A stretch of 63,994 nt of DNA, counting the filler, from Octopus bimaculoides (taxonomy: Eukaryota): the NCBI RefSeq assembly GCF_001194135.2. It is 4 parts of 3 records of this genome, joined end to end, with 100 filler letters (N's around TTAATTAATTAA, not from the genome) between each part and the next. Parts side by side here need not be neighbours in the genome. Positions count along the whole stretch, not along the records: positions 61,891 to 63,994 come from NW_026307077.1; 3 more parts are not named here. One strand, given 5' to 3'. The position numbers and the translations under genes are program-made. The notes beneath the pieces were generated by a model, which saw nothing but the letters and a program-made list of their open reading frames with translations, searched no databases and had not been told where the DNA came from. This document shows, one piece after another, positions 62,390 to 63,994 of the stretch (position 1 is the stretch's first letter; every line of letters begins with the position of its first letter).

Positions 62390-62600
62390 CAAATTTTGCT
62401 ACAAGGCCAGCAAGTTTCGTGGAGGATATAAGTCGATTACATTCACACCAGTGTTCAACTGGTACTTATTTTATCGAGCCCGAAAGGATGAAAAGCAAAG
62501 TCGACCTCGGCGGAATTTGAACTCAAAACGTAGCGACAGGTGAAATACCGCTAAGCATTTTGTCCAGCATGCTAACAACTCTACCAGCTCGCCGCCTTAA
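62390..62600 (-). mobile_element. tRNA-derived SINE family B followed by (AAT)n/(GAT)n arrays
   Basis: cccgaaaggatgaaaagcaaagtcgacctcggcggaatttgaactc..accagctcgccgcc. Confidence 0.85.
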
Positions 62601-62653
62601 TAATAATCATAATAATAATAATAATAATAATAATTATAATAATAATAATAATA

Positions 62654-62697
<44 letters not shown>

Positions 62698-63951
62698 AAT
62701 AATAATAATAATAATAATGATAATAATAATAATAATAATAATAATAANNNNNNNNNNNNNNNNNNNNNNNNNNNNNNNNNNNNNNNNNNNNNNNNNNNNN
62801 NNNNNNNNNNNNNNNNNNNNNNNNNNNNNNNNNNNNNNNNNNNNNNNNNNNNNNNNNNNNNNNNNNNNNNNNNNNNNNNNNNNNNNNNNNNNNNNNNNNN
62901 NNNNNNNNNNNNNNNNNNNNNNNNNNNNNNNNNNNNNNNNNNNNNNNNNNNNNNNNNNNNNNNNNNNNNNNNNNNNNNNNNNNNNNNNNNNNNNNNNNNN
63001 NNNNNNNNNNNNNNNNNNNNNNNNNNNNNNNNNNNNNNNNNNNNNNNNNNNNNNNNNNNNNNNNNNNNNNNNNNNNNNNNNNNNNNNNNNNNNNNNNNNN
63101 NNNNNNNNNNNNNNNNNNNNNNNNNNNNNNNNNNNNNNNNNNNNNNNNNNNNNNNNNNNNNNNNNNNNNNNNNNNNNNNNNNNNNNNNNNNNNNNNNNNN
63201 NNNNNNNNNNNNNNNNNNNNNNNNNNNNNNNNNNNNNNNNNNNNNNNNNNNNNNNNNNNNNNNNNNNNNNNNNNNNNNNNNNNNNNNNNNNNNNNNNNNN
63301 NNNNNNNNNNNNNNNNNNNNNNNNNNNNNNNNNNNNNNNNNNNNNNNNNNNNNNNNNNNNNNNNNNTATATATATATATATATGGGAGTGTTATCATTCA
63401 TTTATATATATGGGAGAATTTACGAAAAAAAAACAACAGACGAGCACAGGTGGTGTAAAAAACAAAAAGATGTATTAGTTTAACGCTCGAGAAAAGAGAA
63501 AAAAATATATATACATACACATACATATATAATATATATGTACATACATACATAAATACATACATACATACATATATATACGCACTCACAATACATATCC
63601 ACACAAATAAGAGTATCTATATATATATTCATACATAAGTATATATGCATACGTGTACGTACTAATGTATGTATGCATGCAGTCATTCATACATATGTAT
63701 TTACAAAGACACATATACGTACATTTACATATACAAATTATGTATACATAGCAAAATATATATATAATATATGACTATTATATATATGATTGGATAATCC
63801 CAAATAATATGTACGTATAGACTTCTGTATTATACATACATACACACAGGCACACAAACACACACACATATATATATATTATATATACACACACTCTTGT
63901 ACATAATACAATATGCCTTACTATGTTATGCATGTATTTCTATTCATATAC

Positions 63952-63994
<43 letters not shown>

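Noticed and set aside
180-63994. Numerous ORF-track proteins rich in CV/YI/HT/poly-S/E/L/N/X
   Set aside because: They are translations of (CA)n, (TA)n, (TACA)n and triplet microsatellites, or of N gaps. There is no evidence they are coding.

Overview
AT-rich, microsatellite-dense animal genomic DNA. The SINE/RTE families and repeat landscape point to an octopod cephalopod, probably Octopus (inference). The window is not one locus: three identical 100-bp spacers (44 N + TTAATTAATTAA + 44 N at 29501-29600, 57223-57322, 61791-61890) join four separate scaffolds. The only host gene I can identify is on scaffold 1 (+ strand). It has three cleanly spliced exons (11168-11278, 23631-23721, 28831-28940) encoding the N-terminal half of an atypical Rnd/RhoE-like Rho GTPase, and the scaffold end cuts it off before exon 4. 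It carries substitutions at the Ras G12-, A59- and Q61-equivalent positions (Cys, Ser, Asp) and has an unusual effector loop. The rest is mostly decayed mobile DNA: a Penelope-like element with an inverted 3' repeat holding hammerhead-like motifs, several RTE LINEs, Tx1/L1, CR1/Jockey and R4-like fragments, mariner, maT (DD37D), hAT and MULE DNA transposons, and two tRNA-derived SINE families. A few orphan exon candidates and unusual splice-site or hairpin structures are flagged at low to moderate confidence. TE boundaries and identity values are by-eye estimates.
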